Positions 29,284 through 39,651 of a DNA stretch of 64,000 bases are shown piece after piece. Source of the DNA: Acidobacteriota bacterium (lineage in GTDB: Bacteria; Acidobacteriota; UBA6911); contig OY761556.1 of the NCBI GenBank assembly GCA_963664705.1, forward strand, positions 608,001 to 672,000, read 5' to 3'. The translations under genes were made by a program, and so were the position numbers. The notes beneath the pieces are model-generated. The model searched no databases. It worked only from the letters and a program-made list of their open reading frames with translations, and had not been told where the DNA came from. The first letter of the stretch is position 1; every line of letters begins with the position of its first letter.

Positions 29284-31101
29284 TTGTTTGCCGTCGATTT
29301 TGAACCGGTAGGACGCCGAGGAAAGTTTCCCCCCGATCAGTCGCTTCTAGCCTGTGCCCGCCAATTGAATGTGTCTCTGGTCAGCATTTGCGGAGGTATG
29401 AGTTCTTGCCATCGCTGTAAGGTGCAGATCATCTCGGGCGAAGTAAACGAGATCACTGCAGATGAGAAGGCGATTTTTAGCGAGAATGAACTGAAGAAGA
29501 ACTATCGGCTGGCCTGCCTGACCTATCCTTGCGGCAATGTGAAGATTCACGTTCCTCCGGAGTCTCTGTCGGCGCCGCAGCGCACGCAGGTGGAAGGTCT
29601 GGAACTGGACGTAAAACCGGAACCGCTAGTTCAGGGATTGACTGTCCAGCTGACGCCTCCTTCGCTCGGCAGCCCCGAGTCCGATGACCAGAATCTCTGG
29701 GCGGCACTTGCCTCACAGCATAACGTTCCGAGCGGGGTAGTCGACCTGATGGTGCAGCAGAGCCTTCCGCGGCAGCTGCGAATGTCCGACTGGAAGGTGC
29801 GCGTTGCCCTGCGCGGGAATGAGATCGTTGCGCTGAGCCAGTCCGCGACGCAGTGGCTCGGCCTTGCGGTGGACATCGGCACAACCAAAATTGCGGTTTA
29901 CCTGGTGGATATGGAAACCGGCAAAACAGTAGCGGCCCGGGGCCTGATGAACCCGCAGATTTCCTACGGTGAGGATGTTGTGTCGCGCATCTTTGCTGCA
30001 GGAAAGTCGGCTGAAAATGCTTTGAGACTTCAGACGGTTCTCGTCGATGCTTTGAATGAAACCGTGGAGGCCCTGTGCTCGGAAATCCATGCCGTTCCCT
30101 CCTCGGTGGTCGACGCATCGATCGTCGGCAACACTGCTATCCACCACCTGTTTTTGCGGCTTCCCGTGATGCAGTTGGGGATGTCTCCCTATGTGCCGGC
30201 CGTTCGATCGGCCGTCGACATCAAGGCGAGGGATCTCGGACTTCGGATTGCTCCAGGGGCGTATGTCCATCTGCTTCCGAATATTGCAGGATATGTCGGT
30301 GCGGATCATGTGGCAATGCTGCTTGCAACAAGAATTGCCGATGCCCGGCACCCGGCGCTCGCCATTGACATCGGCACCAATACCGAAATTTGCATGGCAT
30401 ATAACGGAAAGCTGGCCAGCGTTTCGTGCGCTTCCGGCCCTGCTTTCGAGGGAGCGCATATCAAATTTGGTATGCGTGCCGCTCCCGGCGCCATTGAACA
30501 TGTTCGTTTGTCCGGCAATCGACTGGTGATCCAGACCATTGGAGAACAGCCGCCGGTCGGGATCTGCGGATCCGGCCTGCTGGATGCCGTTGCTCAGTTG
30601 CGCGTCAATGACGTATTGGATATTACGGGCCGGATGAAGTCCCACCCATTGGTGCGCAGGGTAAACGGCAATACGGAATTTGTGCTGGTTGAGCGGGACA
30701 ACCAGGATGCGATCACGGTTTCGCAAAAGGATGTGCGGGAGATTCAAGCCGCCAAGGCAGCCATTCGTGTCGGCATCGATGCGCTGGTGGAGGCGGCCGG
30801 CCTGTCCGAAGAGGATATTGCCGAGGTGGTGATTGCGGGAGCGTTCGGCACATTCATCGATGTGGAAAGCGCCATTGCCATAGGCATGCTGCCTGCGCTT
30901 CCACTGGACCGATTCAAGCAGGTGGGTAATGCCGCCGGTACTGGGGCACGCCTGGCCCTTGTGTCTCGAAGCCAGCGCCTCCAGGCGGAGAAAATCGCCT
31001 TGCGCGATGGCTATATTGAATTGGCAGGCGTGGATAAGTTCAATCTCAAATTCGCTAAAGCCTGTTCCATGTCTGCATCGTTAGTATCCAGAAGAGCGTA
31101 G
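29284..31101 (+). CDS. RACo-type ATP-dependent reductive activator of corrinoid proteins (2Fe-2S plus ASKHA/DUF4445)
   Basis: CGG.SSCHRC...RLAC ferredoxin, AVDIGTT, NPQ.SYGEDV.SRI, GYVGAD, DIGTN.E, GPAFEG, GICGSG, AGAFG, GNAA. TTG 29284 follows AGGAG. Confidence 0.9.
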   Translation: MFAVDFEPVGRRGKFPPDQSLLACARQLNVSLVSICGGMSSCHRCKVQIISGEVNEITADEKAIFSENELKKNYRLACLTYPCGNVKIHVPPESLSAPQRTQVEGLELDVKPEPLVQGLTVQLTPPSLGSPESDDQNLWAALASQHNVPSGVVDLMVQQSLPRQLRMSDWKVRVALRGNEIVALSQSATQWLGLAVDIGTTKIAVYLVDMETGKTVAARGLMNPQISYGEDVVSRIFAAGKSAENALRLQTVLVDALNETVEALCSEIHAVPSSVVDASIVGNTAIHHLFLRLPVMQLGMSPYVPAVRSAVDIKARDLGLRIAPGAYVHLLPNIAGYVGADHVAMLLATRIADARHPALAIDIGTNTEICMAYNGKLASVSCASGPAFEGAHIKFGMRAAPGAIEHVRLSGNRLVIQTIGEQPPVGICGSGLLDAVAQLRVNDVLDITGRMKSHPLVRRVNGNTEFVLVERDNQDAITVSQKDVREIQAAKAAIRVGIDALVEAAGLSEEDIAEVVIAGAFGTFIDVESAIAIGMLPALPLDRFKQVGNAAGTGARLALVSRSQRLQAEKIALRDGYIELAGVDKFNLKFAKACSMSASLVSRRA

Positions 31102-31232
31102 CGTCGACCCGGGACAGTCACCGAATTCGATGATCGTGCAGTCCGTTCCTCGTTTGCGCAGTCCGGTGCGGGGCTGCGGTGATTATCCCGTCATTCTCTG
31201 TTTTATCCGTTTTTTTACGACAGGAGATTCCC

Positions 31233-32570
31233 ATGCAGAAGAACTGGTTGGAATTGTCCCGTGAGCAAAAGCGGGAAGAAAGAATGAAAAACTGGCTTGC
31301 CGGAACAGGAATCGCCTTCCGCGATGCCAAGGCGGCAAGATTGTACAAAGAACGAGTCACCCGCCAGAAATTGGCAATGATGTGTGAAGTGCCGGATAGA
31401 GTGCCGGTGCAGATACCATCCGCAAATTTTCCTGCCTATCATTCCGGCTACACCATGAAGAGAGTGATGAACGATTACGAGGCGCTCGAAAAATCGTGGC
31501 TGAAATTCATGGAGGATTTTTATGATGACATGGACAGTTTCATGGGGCCCGGCTTTGTGCATTCGGCTCCGGCCATGGAAATCATAGATTATAAATCCTA
31601 TAAATGGCCGGGACACGGATTGGGAGACGATGTCAATGCCTACCAGTTTGTGGAAGAAGCCATCATGGAGCCGGAGGAGTATGATGCGCTGATTGAAGAT
31701 CCCTCGGATTTTTCCTTCAGATTCTTGCTGCCCCGCACCGTCGGGACATTGAAGCCTCTCACCAAGTTGCCGGCTTTGAACACGATGCTGTTTCTTTCTT
31801 TGATGATTGCGTATCCGTTCGCCGATCCCGAGGTGCGCGCCGCATTCCAGTCTCTGATTAAGGCCGGGGAAGAGTTGGAAAGATGGCAAAAACACGTGTT
31901 TACGGTCAATAAGGCATCTCTGGAAGCCGGATTCCCAGGGGCATTTGGAACGCTGGCAATCGCTCCATTCGATGTGATTGCGGATTTTTTGCGCGGAACC
32001 AAGGGGGCCATTCTCGATATGTATCGGTGTCCAGATAAGATGATGGCTGCGATCGATCGCATCACGGGCCTGACTATCAAGCGGATCATTTCCACCATCA
32101 ATGCAACCGGAGGGTTTACCGCAAGCTTCCCACTGCATAAGGGAGATGATACGTTCATGTCCAGGAAACAATTTGAGAAATTCTACTGGCCATCGCTGAA
32201 GAAAGTGATAGATGCATTGATCGATGAGGGGATCTCGGTTCACCTGTTTGCCGAAGGGGCCTATAACGAGCGCCTTGAGTATATCAGTGACTTCCCGAAA
32301 GGCTGGGTAACCTGGGCGTTTGACAGGACCGATATGGTGAAAGCCAAGAAAATGATCGGCCACAAGTGCTGCATTGTGGGTAATGTGCCTGCCTCTACGC
32401 TCATAACAGGGACGGCGGGAGAGGTGAAGGAAAGCTGCCGCAAGCTGATCGAGGCGTGCGCTCCCGGAGGGGGGTATGTTCTCGCCGGTGGAGCCGCGGC
32501 AACAGAGACAACGCCGGAAAACCTGCGTGCCTTTATGGCTGCAGCCAAAGAATATGGGGTGTACCGCTAA
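31233..32570 (+). CDS. Uroporphyrinogen decarboxylase/MtaA-CmuA methyltransferase superfamily protein
   Basis: PDRVP, APFD...D.LRG.....DMYR.P, PLH.G...FMS..QFEKFYWPSLK, F.EG, GNVP, GGGY. AGGAG RBS. Confidence 0.85.
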   Translation: MQKNWLELSREQKREERMKNWLAGTGIAFRDAKAARLYKERVTRQKLAMMCEVPDRVPVQIPSANFPAYHSGYTMKRVMNDYEALEKSWLKFMEDFYDDMDSFMGPGFVHSAPAMEIIDYKSYKWPGHGLGDDVNAYQFVEEAIMEPEEYDALIEDPSDFSFRFLLPRTVGTLKPLTKLPALNTMLFLSLMIAYPFADPEVRAAFQSLIKAGEELERWQKHVFTVNKASLEAGFPGAFGTLAIAPFDVIADFLRGTKGAILDMYRCPDKMMAAIDRITGLTIKRIISTINATGGFTASFPLHKGDDTFMSRKQFEKFYWPSLKKVIDALIDEGISVHLFAEGAYNERLEYISDFPKGWVTWAFDRTDMVKAKKMIGHKCCIVGNVPASTLITGTAGEVKESCRKLIEACAPGGGYVLAGGAAATETTPENLRAFMAAAKEYGVYR

Positions 32571-32675
32571 GATAATTTGGGATTTCAGGCTTGGAATGAA
32601 AGCAGGAGCATGAGCGGAACAAAGGCAGGCGATAGAACATCGCCTGCCGTATTGCTCTGGAAGGGTATTTTTCTT

Positions 32676-33518
32676 CTATTTAAATTTTGGCTCGAGAGAT
32701 TTGATTTTTGCCCAGGCGGCATCGCGAGCCTTTTTGTCGGCTTCCGTTGCATTGGGCTGTTCTCCGCTGCGCATAAAGCCATGGGTCGCTCCGTCGTAGA
32801 TGACGGGCTCATAAAATTTGCCGGCCGCTTTCATTTGTTCCTGAGTCTGGGGAATCGATCCGTTGACCCGCGTGTCCGTCCCGCCGTAAAAACCGTAGAC
32901 CGGGGCTTGGATTGAGGCGATTCCTGAGTCAGGCCCGCCGCCATAGAAGACGAACGCCGCTGAAAGATCCTTGCAGTTGGTGGCGAAGCGGAACGATTGG
33001 CTGCCGCCCCAGGAGAAACCCACTACACATACTTTCCCATTGCAGGATGGAAGCTTTTTGCAATACTCGAATACAGCGGTGAGATCGGCTGTGACCTGGT
33101 CCGGGGGTAATTTCATTACCGCTTGCGTGGCTGGTCCGCCGAAACCGCCGCCTTCCGCCGCAGGAAAATCTTTCGTTCGCCCTCCATTGGGGCCCATGCC
33201 TGACAATAGGTCGGGCGCCACCGCGATGAAGCCGGCTTCCGCGAACTCATCCGTTACATTCTCCACCCAGTCTGTCATGCCGAATATTTCATGGATGACT
33301 ACCATGGCGGGCGCTTTTTCCTTCGTCTGGGGATATGCGACCGTCGATTCGACGGATCTCCCGCCGTGTTTAACTGTAACCCACTCACGTTTTCGAGGTG
33401 ATTTGTCTACCATTTTGCGTGCCCAATCCTGTGCATAAATAGAAGATAGCCCCAATCCCAATGCTGCCGCACCACTCGCACTGTCTTTTAGAAATCGTCT
33501 TCTGGTAACTGTTTGCAT
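32676..33518 (-). CDS. Tat-exported dienelactone hydrolase family protein (Ser at the nucleophile position)
   Basis: TRRRFLK Tat motif, VIHEIFG, APDL, GFSWGG, FYG, D.RV, HGF.R, AW. Confidence 0.88.
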   Translation of the reverse strand: MQTVTRRRFLKDSASGAAALGLGLSSIYAQDWARKMVDKSPRKREWVTVKHGGRSVESTVAYPQTKEKAPAMVVIHEIFGMTDWVENVTDEFAEAGFIAVAPDLLSGMGPNGGRTKDFPAAEGGGFGGPATQAVMKLPPDQVTADLTAVFEYCKKLPSCNGKVCVVGFSWGGSQSFRFATNCKDLSAAFVFYGGGPDSGIASIQAPVYGFYGGTDTRVNGSIPQTQEQMKAAGKFYEPVIYDGATHGFMRSGEQPNATEADKKARDAAWAKIKSLEPKFK

Positions 33519-33671
33519 GATCGATCCACTCCTTCGCTGCTGATGCCCTGAGAAGTTTACATGGCAAGACTGCTGTTTCTTTTTGGGGATTTTCTACGCG
33601 TTTTGCCGCCGAAACAAGGGAAAAGTAGTGTTCATTCGAAGCGCCGCGGATTGCCGCCACAAACCGATACG

Positions 33672-34910
33672 CTACCGGCTCGCGCCGCAGCATTTTTTGA
33701 ATTTTTTGCCGCTGCCGCACGGACAGGGATCGTTTCTGCCAACTCCTGCCGCGGTTGTGGGCCTGGGGCGTGGCGCGGGCCTTCTTTGCCTGTCGAGCAG
33801 AGCCGCGATGGGGGCCCGACTGTGAAGGAAGAACTGTTTAAGTCCCGAACAAAGGTAATTGAGTCCAGGTTCTCCGTCCGGAGTCTGAATAAATCGATAT
33901 TTGGGGCAGCCGCCATTGCACTGGGCCAGAACTTCGCATTGGCGACAATAGTTCGGAAGGGCATCGCGCTTCGCGTCTCCGAAGTCTTGCAGCGCCTTTG
34001 AATCCAGCATTTGACTGAGCGTTTTCTGCTCGATGTTGCCCAATCGGTAGGGTTCTTCGACAAAATGGTCGCAGGGGAAAAAATCGCCGTTATGTTCGAG
34101 GACCGGGATCTGTCCGCATGTTTTGCGGAAGACGCACAGGGAATGATCGATGCCGAGCTGTGGCCTGGCGGCTTCGTCGAAGTATTGGATCATCAGGCGA
34201 TCGACATCGCGCGCCACCCACTCATCAAAGATTTTGCACAGGAATTTGCCGAAGTCCTCTGCCGATGGTGTATGGAGAGCGACGCCGTTTTCCATTTCGG
34301 CGGCCTGATCCACCGCGGGAAGAAATCCAATATACCGTGCACCGATCTCGCGGAAAAAACGGTAAACGGTAAGCGGGTGACGCACATTCAGATTATGTAC
34401 AACACACAGGATATCGGTTGGAACATTTACCCGACGCAGCAATTCGTAGGCACGCATGGCGCTTTTGTGGGTTGGTTCATTGCCGCGCGTGATCCGATAG
34501 GGATCGTGCAATTCAGCCGGTCCGTCCAGGCTGAGCCCGACTCCGAATCCCTCGGCTGCAAGAAACCGACTCCATTCTTCATCCAGAAGAACGCCGTTTG
34601 TCTGGAGGCCATTCCGGACTCGCCAGCCTGCAGGTTTGTGCCTGCGCTGCAGTTCGACTGCTTTTCGGAAGAAATCGAGACCGCGGGTCGTGGGCTCGCC
34701 TCCGTGCCAGGAGAAGCTGACCTCCGGTCCGGGAGAAGCCTCAAAATGCTGGAGGATGTATTTTTCCAGGAGATCATCCGGCATTCGGAGCGTGCCTGCA
34801 TCCGGATAGAGGGAGCTCTTGTCTTTATAGTAGCAGTAGCGGCAGGCGAGGTTACACACAGCGCCGGCCGGCTTTGCAAATATCTGAAAGTCCCGCGCAA
34901 CCTTATCCAA
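33672..34910 (-). CDS. Anaerobic sulfatase-maturating radical SAM/SPASM enzyme with C-terminal SEC-C motif
   Basis: KP.G..CNLACRYCYY, WHGGEP, QTNG, PCDHFV, CRQC...CNGGCPK, NYLC, GRNDPCPCGSGKKFKKCC. Confidence 0.92.
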   Translation of the reverse strand: MDKVARDFQIFAKPAGAVCNLACRYCYYKDKSSLYPDAGTLRMPDDLLEKYILQHFEASPGPEVSFSWHGGEPTTRGLDFFRKAVELQRRHKPAGWRVRNGLQTNGVLLDEEWSRFLAAEGFGVGLSLDGPAELHDPYRITRGNEPTHKSAMRAYELLRRVNVPTDILCVVHNLNVRHPLTVYRFFREIGARYIGFLPAVDQAAEMENGVALHTPSAEDFGKFLCKIFDEWVARDVDRLMIQYFDEAARPQLGIDHSLCVFRKTCGQIPVLEHNGDFFPCDHFVEEPYRLGNIEQKTLSQMLDSKALQDFGDAKRDALPNYCRQCEVLAQCNGGCPKYRFIQTPDGEPGLNYLCSGLKQFFLHSRAPIAALLDRQRRPAPRPRPTTAAGVGRNDPCPCGSGKKFKKCCGASR

Positions 34911-35049
34911 TCCGTCCCCCCAAACCGCATTGCATCGAATTTATAATATATCAAAAATCTTCCGGCCTGATGGTTGATCGGTATCGGGTGCACGTGAATA
35001 CACCAAACCTGGAATCCAGGTGTTGAGTGCATCGATTAAGCCTCAAAAT

Positions 35050-35092
35050 AAAAAAAACCCTGAGAGAGGCATTTGCCTCTCTCAGGGTTTTT
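35050..35092. terminator. Strong intrinsic terminator downstream of rho
   Basis: AAAAACCCTGAGAGAGGCA/TGCCTCTCTCAGGGTTTTT inverted repeat with A/T tracts on both sides. Confidence 0.9.
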
Positions 35093-35093
35093 A

Positions 35094-35128
35094 CAATCGT
35101 CAACCGTCAATCTGTGATCGTCAATCCA
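35094..35128. repeat. Five degenerate 7-bp tandem repeats
   Basis: CAATCGT CAACCGT CAATCTG TGATCGT CAATCCA between the rho stop codon and the terminator. Confidence 0.6.
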
Positions 35129-35130
35129 TT

Positions 35131-36561
35131 CTACCCGCCGGAGAGCGAGCCCAGGAAGTCACCGTTGGTCTTTGCTTTGGAAAGCTTTTCCAGCAGGAGT
35201 TCCATACTCTCGGTAACAGACAGAGGCGTCAGAACCTTCCGCAGAATCCAGATACGGTTCAAATCGGCCTGCGGCACGAGCAGCTCCTCTTTTCTCGTTC
35301 CGGATTTGTTGATATCGATGGCGGGGAAAACGCGCCTGTCGACCAGTTTACGATCGAGGTGCAGCTCCATGTTGCCCGTTCCTTTGAATTCTTCAAAGAT
35401 AACGTCATCCATACGGCTGCCTGTATCGATGAGGGCGGTGGCGATAATCGTGAGACTTCCGCCTTCTTCAATATTGCGAGCGGCGCCGAAAAAGCGCTTC
35501 GGCCGCTGCAGCGCGTTGCTGTCAACGCCGCCGGAAAGGACTTTCCCGCTTGGAGGCACGATCGTGTTATAGGCGCGAGCCAGGCGGGTGATGCTATCCA
35601 GCAGGATGACGACATCCCGTTTGTGCTCGACGAACCGCTTTGATTTTTCCAGCACCATTTCCGCTACCTGTACGTGACGCGATGCCGGCTCATCAAAGGT
35701 CGAACTGATGACTTCGCCCTTCACGGAGCGCTGCATATCGGTCACTTCTTCCGGGCGCTCATCGATGAGAAGCACGATGAGGTAGACTTCCGGATGGTTT
35801 TGCGAAATGGAATTGGCAATGGACTGCAACAGCATCGTTTTTCCGGTCCGGGGCGGCGATACAATCAACCCGCGCTGCCCTTTGCCAATTGGCGCAAGCA
35901 TATCCATTACTCTGCCGGACAGGTTGTCCGGCGCTGTCTCCAGTTTCAGATGCTCATGGGGATACAGCGGCGTCAGGTTGTCGAAAAAGATCTTGTCCTT
36001 GGCGGCATCGGGATGCTCGAAATTTACGGCTTCGACCTTGATCAGGGCGAAGTAGCGCTCACCATCCTTTGGAGGACGGATTTGTCCAGAGATCGTATCT
36101 CCGGTTCTCAGATCGAATTTCCGGATCTGGGAAGGGGAGACATAGATATCATCTGGGCCGGGCAGGTAATTGTAGTCCGGGGCACGCAGGAATCCGAATC
36201 CTTCCGGCAGGCATTCGAGAACGCCTTCCGAAAAAATCAGCCCGCTAGCTTCGGTCTGCGCCTTCAGGATTTGAAATATCAGTTCCTGCTTGCGCATCCC
36301 GGTATATCCCGGAACATTCATATCCTTGGCAACCTGAGTCAGGGAGGCGATATTCATCTCCTTCAGGTCCCGGATATTCAGATGACCGTTTTCGCGACCA
36401 TTTTCACGGCCGTTCTCACGGGCATTTTCGCGGGTATTCTCACGGCCGTTTTCACGGCTGGATTCACTTTTTGTTTCGCGACCGGATTCCTTTTCCCGGT
36501 TGTTTTCCCGGGCGGCTTCACGGTTTGCACTCGAGTTGCGACGTTGCGTCGTTTCAGGCAT
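35131..36561 (-). CDS. rho: Transcription termination factor Rho with a low-complexity N-terminal extension
   Basis: [47 protein letters not shown] 36561 follows a GGAGGGAG RBS. Confidence 0.97.
   Translation of the reverse strand: MPETTQRRNSSANREAARENNREKESGRETKSESSRENGRENTRENARENGRENGRENGHLNIRDLKEMNIASLTQVAKDMNVPGYTGMRKQELIFQILKAQTEASGLIFSEGVLECLPEGFGFLRAPDYNYLPGPDDIYVSPSQIRKFDLRTGDTISGQIRPPKDGERYFALIKVEAVNFEHPDAAKDKIFFDNLTPLYPHEHLKLETAPDNLSGRVMDMLAPIGKGQRGLIVSPPRTGKTMLLQSIANSISQNHPEVYLIVLLIDERPEEVTDMQRSVKGEVISSTFDEPASRHVQVAEMVLEKSKRFVEHKRDVVILLDSITRLARAYNTIVPPSGKVLSGGVDSNALQRPKRFFGAARNIEEGGSLTIIATALIDTGSRMDDVIFEEFKGTGNMELHLDRKLVDRRVFPAIDINKSGTRKEELLVPQADLNRIWILRKVLTPLSVTESMELLLEKLSKAKTNGDFLGSLSGG
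36385..36456 (-). repeat. Six tandem 12-bp coding repeats (RENx) in rho
   Basis: Units encode [24 protein letters not shown], with synonymous differences between units. Confidence 0.9.
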
Positions 36562-36598
36562 GGGCTCCCTCCAGGGGGAGATAACCAACGGTAGGTTG

Positions 36599-37192
36599 TT
36601 AATGGTTAATGATAGAGGATTCAACTGCGGCTGCCTGTAGCACCCGTTTCCAAATGTCCTTACAGCCCGCTCCGGTTTTCGCCGAAGACATCACCACGGA
36701 TTGACCCCCCAACGCTTCTGAAATAATACGAAACTGTTCACGCTGTTGATTGTTTGAAAGCTTATCAACTTTGGTTGCCACCACCATGCGGGGGACTTCC
36801 AACTGTCCCAGCCATCCGGCCAACTGAGTGTCCGAATCGGTGGGCGGCATCCTTGAATCAATCATCTGAATCGCCAGCACGATACTGGTACTCTTTTTAA
36901 AATACTGCTCAATCAGCCGCTTCCATTGCTGGATTGCAGCCTTGCCGGCTTTAGCGTAGCCATAGCCGGGTAAATCCACAAAATAGAACGTCCCGTTAAT
37001 CCGGTAGAAGTTAATGCTCTGAGTCTTGCCCGGCGTTGAGCTGGTGCGAGCCAGCCGGTTGCTGCCGACCAGCTTGTTTATCAAGCTGGATTTCCCGACA
37101 TTCGACCTGCCTGCAAACACTATTTCAGGGATTTCCTCTCGTGGGAAATCTCGTTCCGAGACGGCACTGATAATAAATTCTGCTTGGATCAC
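36599..37192 (-). CDS. yihA: Ribosome biogenesis GTPase YihA/YsxC
   Basis: [26 protein letters not shown]. Confidence 0.95.
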   Translation of the reverse strand: MIQAEFIISAVSERDFPREEIPEIVFAGRSNVGKSSLINKLVGSNRLARTSSTPGKTQSINFYRINGTFYFVDLPGYGYAKAGKAAIQQWKRLIEQYFKKSTSIVLAIQMIDSRMPPTDSDTQLAGWLGQLEVPRMVVATKVDKLSNNQQREQFRIISEALGGQSVVMSSAKTGAGCKDIWKRVLQAAAVESSIINH

Positions 37193-37246
37193 CGGATATT
37201 ATGAGGGATTGAAGGTCCGACCGCTCGACGCGGCCGGACCTCAAGT

Positions 37247-39643
37247 TCAGTGCGCGACGTTCTCGTTTGGACGAGTACCTTCGATATCGGACATCTGGGA
37301 CACCTGTCTTGGTACAGGTTGACTTTCCAGTGCGATCTGCAGGACTTCATCCATGGTTTCGACCAGACTTATGCTTAAATCATCCAGTATATCCTTCGGG
37401 AGATCCTGGAGATCCTTCTCGTTCTCCTTTGGGAGAATAACATTTTTAATGCCGGCGCGATGTGCTGCCAGCAGTTTTTCCTTTACCCCTCCGATCGGAA
37501 GTACTTTGCCACGGAGGGTAATCTCCCCGGTCATGGCAACATCTCTTCGGACCGGTATCTTGGTTAGGGCAGATACGATGGTGGTAGCCATCGTAATACC
37601 TGCGGATGGCCCATCCTTCGGAATGGCGCCTTCCGGAATATGAATGTGCAGGTCCATCTTCCGGTGGAATTCACGTCCGATGCCATAATCGGTAGCTCGG
37701 CTGCGCACAAATGTCATGGCAGCCCTTGCCGATTCCTGCATGACTTCGCCCAGCTTGCCGGTGAGGGTCAGCTGCCCTTTACCGTCCATCAGCGTGGCTT
37801 CCGTCTGCAAGACCTCTCCACCTACTTCCGTCCAGGCTAAACCTGTCGTCAACCCGACCTGGTTGGTTTCGCCGATCCCCTGCATGCGGAACTTCGGACG
37901 TCCCAGAAGCTTCTCGACTTCTTCCGCATTGATGTCGTTTGACTGCGCTTCCTCGGTGACGATCTTTTTTGCCGTCTTTCTGCAGACATTAGCGACTTCG
38001 CGTTCCAGATTGCGAACGCCGGACTCCCGGGTGTACTTACGAATGATCTCATACAGCGCATCATCCGAAAACTGTATTTGTTCCGGAGTCAATCCGTTGC
38101 CTTCCACCTGCTTTTTGACGAGGAACCTTTTTGCGATCTCCAGCTTCTCATTCTCAGTATACCCTGACAGCTGGATGACTTCCATGCGGTCCTGGAGCGC
38201 ACGGGGAATAGTGTGCAGCACATTCGCCGTTGCAATGAACATCACCATCGACAGATCAAACTCGGCATCGATGTAGTGATCGACGAACATGTGGTTCTGT
38301 TCCGGATCGAGCACCTCCAGAAGCGCCGCCGATGGATCCCCTCGAAAATCCATGCTCATTTTGTCGATTTCGTCGAGCATGAATACGGGGTTCTTGGTAC
38401 CGGCCTTCTTCATATACTGGATGATCTGTCCGGGAAGCGCACCGATATAGGTACGGCGATGCCCGCGGATTTCCGCCTCATCCCGCACTCCACCCAGGGA
38501 GAGTCTCACAAACTCTCTTCCCGTTGCACGGGCAATGGATTTTCCCAGGGATGTTTTTCCCACTCCCGGCGGTCCGACAAAACAAAGAATCGTGCCTTGC
38601 GGTTTCTTCACCAGGCTGCGAACGGCAAGGAATTCAAGAATGCGGTCCTTGATTTTTTCCAGGCCATAGTGGTCTTCTTCAAGAACCTTCTTGGACCAGT
38701 TGATATCCCGGATTTCCCGCGATTTCTTGTTCCATGGCAGTGCGATCAGCCAGTCGAGATAAGTGCGCGAAACGGTGGATTCGGCCGACATCGGAGGCAT
38801 CATTTCCAGGCGCTGAATTTCCTTGATCGCCTTTTCATTCGCATCCTTCGGCATCTTTGCCGCTTCAACCTGTTTTTTCAGATCATCGAGTTCGCTTTTC
38901 TCGTCCTTGCGACCCAATTCCTTCTGGATCGCTTTCATCTTTTCATTCAGGTAGTACTCTTTTTGAGCCCGCTCCATCTGCCGTTTCACGCGGCCCTGAA
39001 TGTTGCGGTCTACCTTGATCTTCTCCATCTCGACTTCGATGATCTCGTTGATCTTCTCAATCCGTTCGGCCAGATCTACCATCTCGAGAAGCTGCTGTTT
39101 TTCCTCGATGCTGATCGGCAGGTTGGCGCAGATATTGTCTGCCAGCTTCGAAGGCTCAAGCGTTTTCATCGCATTCAGAATCGCGTCGTAGTTGACGTGA
39201 TGGCTGAGTTTTGAGAATTGCTCAAATACCGTTTGAAGCCGTTTGATCAGAAGATTGGTTCGCGCGCTTGAACTCGAGGTTTCATCGAGCAGCTCTACAT
39301 CCGCGACAAAAAAACCGGGATCATTGGAATACCGGATTGCACGGACGCGCTGAACCCCTTCAACGAGAACCTTAATATTTCCGTCGGACAGCTTTACGCT
39401 CTGAACGATGTTTGCCACCGTGCCGACGGCATAAATATCCGAAGCCTTCGGCTCGTCGACCGATGCGTCCATCTGAGTCGCCAGGAAAACTCGCTTGGAT
39501 CCTTCAAGGGCAAATTCAAGGGCGCGAACTGAAGTCGGACGTCCGATTACAAAGGGGATCATCATGTGCGGGAACACGACGACGTCCCGGATCGGAATCA
39601 TGGGAAGACGTTCAGTTTTCTTGGGGGGCAGTTCGTTTGTCAT
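37247..39643 (-). CDS. lon: ATP-dependent Lon protease
   Basis: [36 protein letters not shown]. Confidence 0.97.
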   Translation of the reverse strand: MTNELPPKKTERLPMIPIRDVVVFPHMMIPFVIGRPTSVRALEFALEGSKRVFLATQMDASVDEPKASDIYAVGTVANIVQSVKLSDGNIKVLVEGVQRVRAIRYSNDPGFFVADVELLDETSSSSARTNLLIKRLQTVFEQFSKLSHHVNYDAILNAMKTLEPSKLADNICANLPISIEEKQQLLEMVDLAERIEKINEIIEVEMEKIKVDRNIQGRVKRQMERAQKEYYLNEKMKAIQKELGRKDEKSELDDLKKQVEAAKMPKDANEKAIKEIQRLEMMPPMSAESTVSRTYLDWLIALPWNKKSREIRDINWSKKVLEEDHYGLEKIKDRILEFLAVRSLVKKPQGTILCFVGPPGVGKTSLGKSIARATGREFVRLSLGGVRDEAEIRGHRRTYIGALPGQIIQYMKKAGTKNPVFMLDEIDKMSMDFRGDPSAALLEVLDPEQNHMFVDHYIDAEFDLSMVMFIATANVLHTIPRALQDRMEVIQLSGYTENEKLEIAKRFLVKKQVEGNGLTPEQIQFSDDALYEIIRKYTRESGVRNLEREVANVCRKTAKKIVTEEAQSNDINAEEVEKLLGRPKFRMQGIGETNQVGLTTGLAWTEVGGEVLQTEATLMDGKGQLTLTGKLGEVMQESARAAMTFVRSRATDYGIGREFHRKMDLHIHIPEGAIPKDGPSAGITMATTIVSALTKIPVRRDVAMTGEITLRGKVLPIGGVKEKLLAAHRAGIKNVILPKENEKDLQDLPKDILDDLSISLVETMDEVLQIALESQPVPRQVSQMSDIEGTRPNENVAH

Positions 39644-39651
39644 TCTTTAAG

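Noticed and set aside
32676-34910. The Ser-type hydrolase as substrate of the adjacent anSME
   Set aside because: No (C/S)xPxR formylglycine motif in the hydrolase.
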